Source: Victivallaceae bacterium
Lineage (GTDB): Bacteria > Verrucomicrobiota > Lentisphaeria > Victivallales > Victivallaceae
Length of the DNA: 64,000 nucleotides
Direction of reading: 5' to 3'
NCBI GenBank assembly: GCA_045596885.1
Contig: JAZODE010000147.1
Coordinates: 465-64,464 of the forward strand
In this document: positions 37,042 to 45,522 of the stretch, piece by piece
Layout of the letters: each line of letters starts with the position of its first letter
How positions within the stretch are numbered: the first letter of the stretch is position 1
The notes under the pieces: generated by a model
The model's database searches: none
What the model was told of the DNA's origin: nothing
What the model saw: only the letters and a program-made list of their open reading frames with translations
Position numbers and translations under genes: made by a program

Positions 37042-37980
37042 ATGTTTACGAAAAAAAGCCTTCCCACTGACAACATTTCCGGCAATTATTACAGACCATT
37101 GAAACAAACGACCTTTACCTTGATCGAATTATTGGTTACTACTGCACAACAGAACTGTCTTTTTAAAACAAAAAACAACACATCCTTACGCCCGGCAGGG
37201 CGCACTTCACGTTTGCCGCAGGCAAACTCTTCACACCTTCACATCTTCACTCGATCAGCGTTCACGCTGATCGAACTATTGGTTGTAATTGCCATCATCG
37301 CTATCCTTGCCGCCATGCTGCTGCCCGCTCTGCAGCAGGCACGGGAACGCGCCCGCACCTCCAAATGTTCTGCCAATCTGCTGCAGTTCGGGACTGCCGT
37401 CAATATGTATGCCGATGATTACAATGACTGCGTTCCGGGAGTCCGTACCAGCAACTCAAGCTACACAGGTCCCGAAGACTCCCCATGGGCAACCTCTATG
37501 GACCTTATTCCGGGCAAAGAATACGGAACTCTTGCACCTTATCTGGGGGCAGTGGGCGAGAAACAGCACATCGGCGCTATGACACCTCAACTGCGTTCCC
37601 GTTTTGCCTGTCCCTCTGAAAACAACAATGCCTGGTTCTGTTATTCTTATGTTTACAACGCCTGGTTCTGGATCCATGGCTCAACTCCAGCCCAGCTTGC
37701 CTCCCGCAAACGGTCACGCTTCACCAAACCGGCAAGAAAAATGCTCATCATGGACTGCTACCAAAATACCAATACGCCTTATATAAATTATTCTCACGGT
37801 GCAAAGATCCCCTACCGCCACAACAATACCAACGGCGTTCTTTTTGCTGACGGACATGTTAAATTTCTGCACAAAGGTCAAATCAGCCACAATACTGCGG
37901 GGTATCCCGGCTACCACCCCGATCCTACCGGATTGGTATTCTGGACGCCTGAAGGGAAAAAAGATTTCTATCTCTACTGA
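37042..37980 (+). CDS. Prepilin-type N-terminal cleavage/methylation domain protein, H-X9-DG (DUF1559-like) family, with duplicated FTLIELLV motif
   Basis: Strong AAGGAGG SD 5 nt upstream of the ATG at 37042. The first FTLIELLV is at codon 25. The full signature [28 protein letters not shown] starts at codon 74. C-terminal [13 protein letters not shown] is an exact H-X9-DG. Confidence 0.88.
   Translation: MFTKKSLPTDNISGNYYRPLKQTTFTLIELLVTTAQQNCLFKTKNNTSLRPAGRTSRLPQANSSHLHIFTRSAFTLIELLVVIAIIAILAAMLLPALQQARERARTSKCSANLLQFGTAVNMYADDYNDCVPGVRTSNSSYTGPEDSPWATSMDLIPGKEYGTLAPYLGAVGEKQHIGAMTPQLRSRFACPSENNNAWFCYSYVYNAWFWIHGSTPAQLASRKRSRFTKPARKMLIMDCYQNTNTPYINYSHGAKIPYRHNNTNGVLFADGHVKFLHKGQISHNTAGYPGYHPDPTGLVFWTPEGKKDFYLY
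37251..37274 (+). repeat. Perfect 10-bp inverted repeat across the second cleavage-site codons of gene 2
   Basis: Stem tcgatcagcg / cgctgatcga with loop ttca, covering codons (T)RSAFTLIE. Smaller hairpins lie at 37189-37202 and 37212-37226. Confidence 0.85.
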
Positions 37981-38030
37981 GACAAATTTTCCGAAAACAC
38001 ACGGTCCATAAATAATAAGGAAGACAACAA

Positions 38031-40493
38031 ATGAAAAAACTTCTATTCTTTTCTGCGCTGTTAGCAGCAACTCTGCTTTCAGCCATGCCGGTCGTCCGAA
38101 ACGGCAAATCCGACTATGTCATTGTCATTGCTCCCAATGCTCCTCAAGAGGCTGTCCGGGCAGCGGCAAATGATCTGCGGACCTACATTTTCAAGGCAAC
38201 AGGAGCAAAGCTCCCCATTGTGAAGCCTGCCCAAAAGGGCAAGCGGCCTGCCTTCATGCTGGGATTCATCAAAGTTGACAAGCCGGAAGGATTCGTGGTC
38301 AAAACACAGGGAAAAGATATCCACATTTCCGGAAATGACACAAACGGCAATGTCTACAATAACCACTGGGCAAGCGGTGCCCGGGTGGGCACCTGGTTCG
38401 GCGTGGCGGACTTTCTGGAAAAACAGCTGGGTATACGCTGGTTCATGCCGGGGGACTTGGGCGAATATGTCCCCAAACGCACCAACTGGGATGTCCCGGC
38501 TCTCGATTACGCCGATGCCCCCCGTTTTGAAAGCCGCCGTCTGGGCTACCAGACCCGCAAAGGCATGTCTCCCAAACAAGTGCGCGAAGCCCAGCTTTTC
38601 ATGCGCCGCAACCGTGTGGGACAGGCAAACTCCTGGTGCGCCTGGCACAGCTGGCTCCACTACCTCAAAAAAGAGGATTATTTTGACAAACATCCTGAAT
38701 ATTTCGCCTATGTGGGTGGACGCCGTCTTGCCACCGATTCTCTCGGGCACGGACTCCAGATCTGTACCACCAATCCCGAGGCGCTGGATCAGCTGGCTGA
38801 AAATATGATGAAGGACCTTGCCAAACGCAAACAGCGTTCCATGATGCCTCTTTCCCCCAATGACGGCGGTAAACTTTGTGAATGCGCCAACTGTCTGGCA
38901 CTTGATGACGGAGTCCGTCCCGACGGCAGCCGTATCATGACCACCCGCATGATGACCTACGCCAATGAAATGGCAAAACGGATCGTCAAAAAGTTTCCCG
39001 ACCAGACCTTCGGCATGTATGCCTACTCCTTCTACAAAGAGGGTGTCAGCAAAGTCAAGGTCCATCCCAATATCACCATTATGGAGGTCCTCAACGACAG
39101 CGGTCTGAGTTACTATAACCCCGGCACCCGGAAAGCACATCTGAAAAACCTCAAAGCATGGCGCAGCGTTCTGAATAAACTTTATTACTACGCGACTCCC
39201 GAAGGCATGGGCAATCTGGAACTCCCCTGCGGACAGTTCAAAAACATCAGCATGCTTTTTGACAACCTTTACGCCGCCGATGTGACCGGTATCGATATGA
39301 ACAACACCACCAGCTACACCGCTTCCGCCCTGAACAACTACTTTTTTCTCAAATATTCCTGGGGCAATATCAAGGATAGAGAAAAGTTCTACGCTGAGAC
39401 GCTCCGTGACTGCTACGGTAAGATTGCCGCCCCCGTTATGAGAGGTTACTTTGATGCTATTGAAAAGCGTTTCACTGAATACGCCTCAGGCGGATTGACA
39501 GAAAATATCAGTTTGGGATACATCCCCCGCTATCCCGGAGTCCTGACCAAAGTTTACCCCGGACTGGCTGAAGAGTGGCTCCCCAAATTGAAGGCTGTTC
39601 TTGCAAAAACCACCGACAAAGGACAGAAAGCGCGGCTGCAGCTTGCCATTACCAATCTGGAGTACTGCCAGGTAACTGTTCAGCTTTACGCCATTGCCGC
39701 CAAACTTGTCACCAGCCCGCGTCCTGATGCAAAACTTGCGGCGAAAGCTCTGAAACTGACTCAGCTCCGTAAAGCTCTTCTCAGCAAGACCCGCTCTTTC
39801 CCCGGCAACTCCCCTGCCAACACAGCCAGAACTGAACGCACCTTCCGCATTCCCTTTGATGCCAATGTGTTCTCCTTTATGATGGCTGCCAACGCCCGCA
39901 AGAGTGCAGCGACCACCCGTATTGCGGAGCTCCCCAAGTTGGATGGTAAACTGGATGAAGCTCTCTGGAAAAAGATCAAACCTCTGCGTATCGAACTTGA
40001 CAAAGACACTGCCGATCCCCACAAAGTCGGAGCCAATGTTTACCTTGCCCGTCACAACGGCGACCTTTATCTGGGTATCCATTGTGAAGAACCTCTGATG
40101 AACAAAAATCAGGATTCCGGTCTCCGTAAGGACAGCCCTGTTTGGGATGAAAACAGTATCGATCTTTTCTTTTCCACTCCTGACAAAAAATGTTTCCAGC
40201 TGGTCTTCAACTCTCTGGGAACTGCCAGAAGTTTCAGCAAAGAAGGCAAAAAGAATCTCCCCTGGGATGCCAAAGCGGTTGTTAAAACCTTCCGCGGGAA
40301 AAATTTCTGGAGCGCTGAGATCAAGCTGCCTCTGAATTCCATGTACAAAGGTAAAGAATTCATCGGCGACATCTGGGGGATGAACTTCTGCCGCCACAGA
40401 TGTACCGTTCACCCTGACGAATACACCTGCTGGAGTCCTACTTTCGGCGATTTCCACCGTCCTGAGCGTTTCGGCAGGATCATCATAAAGTAA
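38031..40493 (+). CDS. Secreted DUF4838-family protein with C-terminal carbohydrate-binding (CBM9-like) region
   Basis: Signal peptide MKKLLFFSALLAATLLSA, a DUF4838-like N-terminus (RNGKSDYVIVIAPNAP) and a CECANCLALDD cysteine motif. Confidence 0.8.
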   Translation: MKKLLFFSALLAATLLSAMPVVRNGKSDYVIVIAPNAPQEAVRAAANDLRTYIFKATGAKLPIVKPAQKGKRPAFMLGFIKVDKPEGFVVKTQGKDIHISGNDTNGNVYNNHWASGARVGTWFGVADFLEKQLGIRWFMPGDLGEYVPKRTNWDVPALDYADAPRFESRRLGYQTRKGMSPKQVREAQLFMRRNRVGQANSWCAWHSWLHYLKKEDYFDKHPEYFAYVGGRRLATDSLGHGLQICTTNPEALDQLAENMMKDLAKRKQRSMMPLSPNDGGKLCECANCLALDDGVRPDGSRIMTTRMMTYANEMAKRIVKKFPDQTFGMYAYSFYKEGVSKVKVHPNITIMEVLNDSGLSYYNPGTRKAHLKNLKAWRSVLNKLYYYATPEGMGNLELPCGQFKNISMLFDNLYAADVTGIDMNNTTSYTASALNNYFFLKYSWGNIKDREKFYAETLRDCYGKIAAPVMRGYFDAIEKRFTEYASGGLTENISLGYIPRYPGVLTKVYPGLAEEWLPKLKAVLAKTTDKGQKARLQLAITNLEYCQVTVQLYAIAAKLVTSPRPDAKLAAKALKLTQLRKALLSKTRSFPGNSPANTARTERTFRIPFDANVFSFMMAANARKSAATTRIAELPKLDGKLDEALWKKIKPLRIELDKDTADPHKVGANVYLARHNGDLYLGIHCEEPLMNKNQDSGLRKDSPVWDENSIDLFFSTPDKKCFQLVFNSLGTARSFSKEGKKNLPWDAKAVVKTFRGKNFWSAEIKLPLNSMYKGKEFIGDIWGMNFCRHRCTVHPDEYTCWSPTFGDFHRPERFGRIIIK

Positions 40494-40523
40494 GGAGTGC
40501 TGATCCGTTTTTCAGCATAGTGA

Positions 40524-40567
40524 AAAACTCCGCTGCGGTAAATTTTCCACAGCGGAGTTTTTTGATT
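40524..40567. terminator. Bidirectional rho-independent terminator
   Basis: 12-bp stem aaaactccgctg / cagcggagtttt, with an A-run before and a T-run after, between convergent genes. Confidence 0.8.
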
Positions 40568-40589
40568 TGATTCTCTTGAGAAAACTGTA

Positions 40590-41360
40590 TCAGGGCTCCC
40601 AGATGAAATCGTTGTCAGAACGGCGCATGATCACCAGTTCGGGAGTCTCTTTGAGAATAGGCAGCACTGTGGCACGGAGTATTTCCGCATCCACCAGACG
40701 GCTGAAGCCCAGCCCGACTTTGCCCCATTTGAGACCGCCCGCAGCTTCGACCACATGTTCCATATCCACAAAGTAATCCTTCTTGGGGGAGTGCCAGTGG
40801 TGCTGGATGGTACGGACATTGCCGTCGTAATCGTGGATGTAAAGTTCACTGGTATTTTTGGTGTGAAGTCCGGGAACACGGGCTTCGATCTCAAGAGCGT
40901 GGATACAGGTGTTGCAGGTGAAATTGGTTCCCAGAAACAGGATGTGTCCGCCGTTGCGCATCAGTTTGCCGTAGGGGGAATCGGGAGACCAGGGGGTGTT
41001 GATGTCAATATGTCCTTCGGTAAAAAACTTTGCCTTGGGACCGAAAGCACAAATAGAGTGCACAGGATGAAGACTGCGGATCACACCTTCACGTTTGCGG
41101 AAGACATTGGCAAGAGTTCCCACGGTGCAAGGGGTATTCTGCACATCAAAGACCGGCTGGTCGGGATTCACATTGCCCCCCACGGTGGACATCATCAAAG
41201 TTCCTTCGGGTCCCAGCACCTCAAGCAGAGCGTCGATCACTGTGTCAGCGCCCCCTTCGACGGGGCCGACGCGGCGGAGAGAGGAGTGGGTCAGCAGACT
41301 CATGCCGGGCTTGATGCCCAGAGCTTTGAAATCATTTACAAGAGAGTTGAAATCAGCCAT
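40590..41360 (-). CDS. AAC(3)-family (aminoglycoside 3-N-acetyltransferase-like) acetyltransferase
   Basis: N-terminal family pattern LGIKPGMSLLTHSSLRRVGPVEGGADTVIDALLEVLGPEGTLMMST. Start MADFNSL; the track ORF begins 6 codons upstream. Confidence 0.85.
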   Translation of the reverse strand: MADFNSLVNDFKALGIKPGMSLLTHSSLRRVGPVEGGADTVIDALLEVLGPEGTLMMSTVGGNVNPDQPVFDVQNTPCTVGTLANVFRKREGVIRSLHPVHSICAFGPKAKFFTEGHIDINTPWSPDSPYGKLMRNGGHILFLGTNFTCNTCIHALEIEARVPGLHTKNTSELYIHDYDGNVRTIQHHWHSPKKDYFVDMEHVVEAAGGLKWGKVGLGFSRLVDAEILRATVLPILKETPELVIMRRSDNDFIWEP

Positions 41361-41381
41361 TTGTTTTCTTTCCTTCACATT

Positions 41382-42164
41382 TTATTTATCGAGATACTTA
41401 TCCATAATATCGCGGATCTCACGCACGGTGGATTCTTCAAGATAGTCCACGGAACTAAGATTTTTCATCAGATAATCGTCATCGCCGGGTTCCATTCCGG
41501 GAACGAATTTCATAGCGGACTTGCGCTGCCGGTAGCCGTTGACGATATGGTAGTCAAAGGGCATTCCGGGGATCAGCAGCCGGGGCAGATCGGGGGTTTT
41601 GAAGGCAGGCCCCAGAGCGACCATGATCTTGATCCTGCCTGCTGCCTGCTCGTGGAGTTCCATGATGCGTTTGAAATCAAACTGATATCCGGGAAGCAAA
41701 GCTCCGGTCAGAATAAATTCTATGCCGAGATCAACTGCCTGTTCCAGAGCCTTTGACTGATCTTTCACAGATTCAAAGCCCCGGTGCAGAGTAAATCTGC
41801 GTCCCGGAACCTTGTCGATGATCTGTTTCATCCGTTTGACATCCAATTCCCCTTCGGGGGTGACGATACCGCACATGAAGCCTTCGGCACCGGCATCGTA
41901 AAGAGCTTCAGTATCTCTGAGCATCACTTTGAACTCTTCATCGGTATAAAGGGGATCTCCGGAACGGGGACGGATCATAACAAAAATACCAAGTCCGATA
42001 CCGGTCGCCTTTTTGACTTCCATCATCTCCTTCACCAGTCCGTAACTGGGGGTAAGAGCTCCTTCAGAGGGACTCACATAAAGTTCGACACGATCAGCAC
42101 CGCCCCGCCATGCGGCAAGAGCATCGGCGACATTTCTGGCGCCTACTTCAAGTTCATATTTCAT
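41382..42164 (-). CDS. cutC: CutC-family copper homeostasis protein
   Basis: N-terminus LEVGARNVADALAAWRGGADRVELYVSPSEGALTPSYG resembles the CutC TIM barrel. Confidence 0.85.
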   Translation of the reverse strand: MKYELEVGARNVADALAAWRGGADRVELYVSPSEGALTPSYGLVKEMMEVKKATGIGLGIFVMIRPRSGDPLYTDEEFKVMLRDTEALYDAGAEGFMCGIVTPEGELDVKRMKQIIDKVPGRRFTLHRGFESVKDQSKALEQAVDLGIEFILTGALLPGYQFDFKRIMELHEQAAGRIKIMVALGPAFKTPDLPRLLIPGMPFDYHIVNGYRQRKSAMKFVPGMEPGDDDYLMKNLSSVDYLEESTVREIRDIMDKYLDK

Positions 42165-42196
42165 TTTTTTACTCCATTGCTATATGACATCTTCAA

Positions 42197-42225
42197 AATA
42201 TAACACATCTCTGAGGCTTTTTCAA
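42197..42225 (-). promoter_or_regulatory. Putative promoter of cutC / AAC(3)-like genes
   Basis: Minus strand TTGAAA, 17 nt, TATATT. Confidence 0.5.
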
Positions 42226-42239
42226 GGAAAAAGGCTGGT

Positions 42240-42977
42240 TCAATTCAATGTGTTCTTTAATATCCGGAAAAAATTTTTGAGCACCTTGAGAACAAATACA
42301 GTGTAAGCTGTTACAGGATTCTGTCCGTAGCGGCATTTTACTTTAAGCTCATCTTTCAGACACTGCAGCACATATCTGTCAGAGAGTCCATCCTCAAGAT
42401 AGAACGCCACGGGCTTTGGCACATACAGCGGCTTTATTCCTTCTTTATTGACGGCACGGTACATGAAATCGTAGTCACCCAACAAACGGAAACTTTCATC
42501 GTATGTCCCGATCCTTTCGTAAATACTGCGGGGAACAAACATGGAAGGATGAGGTGCAAACGCCCCTATGAAGCGCTTATTTTCACGGAATCCTCTGACC
42601 AGCCCCAAATGCTGATAGTGTACATCCCCCCAGAAAATGCGATCAAAGGCCCCATGGGTGCGAAATGCCTCGGCAACGATTTCCAACGCTCCGGGCAAAT
42701 AGCGGTCCCCTGAATTTATCATGCCGATCACATCACCGGTACAATGGGCGATGCCTTTATTCATGGCATTGTAGATGCCGCTGTCTTTTTCGCTGACAAA
42801 GAACGCCAGGCGGGAAGCATATTTCTGAATGATCTCAGTTGTGCCGTCCTCAGAAGCTCCGTCGATCACAACGTACTCCAATTCAAAACCGCTGCCCTCC
42901 TGTCCCAGAACGGAGTTCAAGGTTTCTTCAATGTGTTCCCGGTCATTTCTGACTATTGTAACAATAGAAATCTTCAT
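42240..42977 (-). CDS. Family 2 glycosyltransferase
   Basis: N-terminus ISIVTIVRNDREHIEETLNSVLGQ, plus DGASEDGT and a DxD-like region. Confidence 0.88.
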   Translation of the reverse strand: MKISIVTIVRNDREHIEETLNSVLGQEGSGFELEYVVIDGASEDGTTEIIQKYASRLAFFVSEKDSGIYNAMNKGIAHCTGDVIGMINSGDRYLPGALEIVAEAFRTHGAFDRIFWGDVHYQHLGLVRGFRENKRFIGAFAPHPSMFVPRSIYERIGTYDESFRLLGDYDFMYRAVNKEGIKPLYVPKPVAFYLEDGLSDRYVLQCLKDELKVKCRYGQNPVTAYTVFVLKVLKNFFRILKNTLN

Positions 42978-42996
42978 ATAAACTTTTTCTCAATTA

Positions 42997-43025
42997 AAAT
43001 GACCGGGAAAACTCCCGGTCATTTC
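42997..43025 (-). terminator. Rho-independent terminator after hpf
   Basis: Stem tgaccggga / tcccggtca with loop aaac, flanked by A/T runs. Confidence 0.7.
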
Positions 43026-43099
43026 AAAGTCCCTGCCGGTTTTCCTGTTACCGGCAAATCAAAGGACTGCGAATTATTGATAAATCACCTGTCGGGGTA

Positions 43100-43453
43100 T
43101 CACTCCTCGCCAGCCATTGCGGCTTCTGCGTGGGCGTGCTCCAAATCTCTCAAAGCCACTCCCCTGTGATCACGGACGCGATCGGTGAGCACATAGAGCT
43201 GATGTCCGACCTTGTCAACAGCTGCGTCAAAGGAACGGTAGAGATCAAAGCTCTCGACCTCAGCCTTGAGGGTATGATACTTGCAATTCAAGACCAGCGT
43301 TGTTGTAAAACGGTTCTTTTCGCGACCGAAAACAACGGAAGCGGAGGTAACTTTCAAAGGAGTAGCGGAAACCAGGGACTTAAGCTGATCGGTAACATAA
43401 CCGTAGATAGCCTGAGTGATGCCGAACTGTCTGCCGATGATTGAAATGTTCAT
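43100..43453 (-). CDS. hpf: Ribosome hibernation promoting factor (short HPF/RaiA family)
   Basis: Family-typical N-terminus MNISIIGRQFGITQAIYGYV. 117 aa, downstream of lptB. Confidence 0.9.
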   Translation of the reverse strand: MNISIIGRQFGITQAIYGYVTDQLKSLVSATPLKVTSASVVFGREKNRFTTTLVLNCKYHTLKAEVESFDLYRSFDAAVDKVGHQLYVLTDRVRDHRGVALRDLEHAHAEAAMAGEE

Positions 43454-43502
43454 GATTACTCTCCTGTATTTTAACGCCGGAACCTGTTTCCGGGTCTATG
43501 GA

Positions 43503-44249
43503 CTATAAAGCAAAGTCACCGCCGAGATAAACCTCCCGAGCCTTCGGATCATTGATCAACGAATCGCTTGTGCCCTCCACTAAGATTTTACCGTCACACA
43601 TTATATACGCCCGATCCACGACCTTCAGGGTATCCCGCACATTATGATCGGTGATCAGGATACCGAGGTTGCGTTCGGCTTTGAGTTTCAAGATGATTTC
43701 CCGCACATTGCTCACGGCAAGGGGATCAACGCCGCTGAAAGGTTCGTCAAGCATGATGAAAGCGGGATTTGTCACCATGGCGCGGGTGATTTCAAGACGG
43801 CGTCTTTCACCGCCTGAAAGAGTCATTGCCTTCTGCTTACGGAGCTTGGTCAACCCCAGATCCTCCATCAAGGTTTCGCAGCGCTCTTTGCGTTCAGCAC
43901 CGGAAATATCAAGGGTCTGGAGAATCGCCATAATATTTTCTTCAACAGTAAGCTTGCGGAAGATGGAAGGCTCCTGAGCCAAATACCCCATTCCCATACG
44001 GGCGCGGAGATTCATGGGCATTTGCGTGACATCCACATCGCGGAATTTGACAAATCCTGCATCGGGACGGATCAATCCCATGACCATATAAAAGCTGGTT
44101 GTCTTGCCGGCTCCATTGGGACCAAGGAGTCCAACGACCTCTCCGGCTCGAACATTGATAGAGACGCCCCGGACTACCTGGCGGCCGCGATAGATCTTGA
44201 CCAAGCCTTCAGCCTCGACTAACATCTCATTTTTCTGGTATTCATTCAT
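43503..44249 (-). CDS. lptB: LPS export ABC transporter ATP-binding protein LptB
   Basis: Walker A GPNGAGKTT, signature LSGGERRR and ITDHNVRDTL. Confidence 0.92.
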   Translation of the reverse strand: MNEYQKNEMLVEAEGLVKIYRGRQVVRGVSINVRAGEVVGLLGPNGAGKTTSFYMVMGLIRPDAGFVKFRDVDVTQMPMNLRARMGMGYLAQEPSIFRKLTVEENIMAILQTLDISGAERKERCETLMEDLGLTKLRKQKAMTLSGGERRRLEITRAMVTNPAFIMLDEPFSGVDPLAVSNVREIILKLKAERNLGILITDHNVRDTLKVVDRAYIMCDGKILVEGTSDSLINDPKAREVYLGGDFAL

Positions 44250-44270
44250 TATTTCTGCTACCTGGTACTA

Positions 44271-44299
44271 TTATAACACATCTTTTTTGAAATTTCAAG
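44271..44299 (-). promoter_or_regulatory. Putative lptB-hpf promoter
   Basis: Minus strand TTGAAA, 17 nt, TATAAT. Confidence 0.6.
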
Positions 44300-44317
44300 T
44301 CCTTTTTTGAAAAAAAT

Positions 44318-44956
44318 TCAATTTTTTTCTGAAAAGACCATAACTCTTGCCCCGCAGCCGGGCAATTCAAACTCAGGGGTCATCTGCCATCCCTTCCCAA
44401 GAACAGGGAGCTCTTCAGAAGCCTGTCCCGGAGTTTTGTAAAAAATGAACCGTCCGCCTTTACAGGGGAATCCGGAGGCGGCTTTGGCAAGTTTCGGGGA
44501 TTCCGCCACAGCCCTTGCCGTAACGATGTCAAAGTGACGGCGGAACTCCTGCTGACGGTTCAGTTCCTCGATCCTGCCGTGAACAGTTCTCAGATTTGTC
44601 AACCCCAGCGCCTGCGCAGCGCTTTCAACAAAACGCAGCTTTTTCTGAGTGCTGTCAATGGCTGTGATTTGAAGCTCCGGGTACGCCAGAGCCAGTACAA
44701 GAGAGGGAAAACCTGCACCGCATCCCAAGTCGGCAATGCGGTGAATTCCGGTAGTTATCCCGGGAAAAAATCTGGCAATGACCAGAGAATCTGCCGCATG
44801 TTTGAGATCGAACTCCTCTTTCCCGGTGATCCGGGTCAGATTGACATGTTTATTGGTCTCTTCCAGAAGCAGCCGCAGCTCCTCACAGCGGCGGGCAAAG
44901 TCTGCGGGATCTGCCACATGACATTCAGCAGCGAAAAGTTGAAGATCAAAACTCAC
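44318..44956 (-). CDS. rsmG: 16S rRNA (guanine527-N7)-methyltransferase RsmG
   Basis: SAM motif DLGCGAGFPSLVLAL. GTG start at 44956 is preceded by GGAGG and overlaps the upstream stop (GTGA). The track ORF extends to 45130 inside the upstream gene. Confidence 0.85.
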   Translation of the reverse strand: MSFDLQLFAAECHVADPADFARRCEELRLLLEETNKHVNLTRITGKEEFDLKHAADSLVIARFFPGITTGIHRIADLGCGAGFPSLVLALAYPELQITAIDSTQKKLRFVESAAQALGLTNLRTVHGRIEELNRQQEFRRHFDIVTARAVAESPKLAKAASGFPCKGGRFIFYKTPGQASEELPVLGKGWQMTPEFELPGCGARVMVFSEKN

Positions 44957-45522
44957 TGTACACCTCCATCGCGGGTCATGAGCAGCGCCCAGAATGCCAT
45001 TAACACGCCCACACACCAGACTCCTCCGCAAATCAGCCGGAACTCTTTTTTGCTGCAAGCAAGTCTGAAATAGTCCCGCATGGCGCAGGGCTTGCCTGAA
45101 ATCCAAATCCCGGCGATACCGGTCAGCCATCCCAGAACGGCGAACGCCGGAAAACCGGGCGTCCGGAAATCAAAGGTGTAGTGGACCATTGAATAGCCCA
45201 GCAATATGAGCAAGCCCCCCGCAGCACGGGCAGCGGGATAATCCACGAAAAAAAATCCGAGTATGGGAACCACTATGGCAACAGGCCACAAAAAAGGCAG
45301 CAGAAATGCGGGAGAAACCACAACGGCATGGGGGACACACAATGCCAAAGCGATCCATCCGCCGAAAAGCCCTATCCATTTATTGCGTGCCAAAGCCTCA
45401 AACTTTGTCACTCTTTCAGGAAGAGCGGCAAAAGTCAGTACGGCAGCGGTCAGATAAAGAAATATGCCGGAACAAAATGCGCTCCGCCCCCAGAAGATCT
45501 GAGAGATCTCTGCATCAACCAT
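44953..45522 (-). CDS. Hypothetical integral membrane protein (about 5 TM)
   Basis: Hydrophobic 189-aa ORF, translationally coupled to tatD upstream and rsmG downstream. I did not recognise any motif. Confidence 0.6.
   Translation of the reverse strand: MVDAEISQIFWGRSAFCSGIFLYLTAAVLTFAALPERVTKFEALARNKWIGLFGGWIALALCVPHAVVVSPAFLLPFLWPVAIVVPILGFFFVDYPAARAAGGLLILLGYSMVHYTFDFRTPGFPAFAVLGWLTGIAGIWISGKPCAMRDYFRLACSKKEFRLICGGVWCVGVLMAFWALLMTRDGGVQ

Noticed and set aside
37205-37230. The segment gccgcaggcaaac in the gene 2 spacer recalled GGCAAAC-type elements of c-di-GMP-I (GEMM) riboswitches, which regulate some pilin genes.
   Set aside because: Only a heptamer matches. The rest of the GEMM architecture (paired P1a/P1b with tetraloop and receptor) is not visible, and the segment lies inside a translated ORF with a strong upstream SD.
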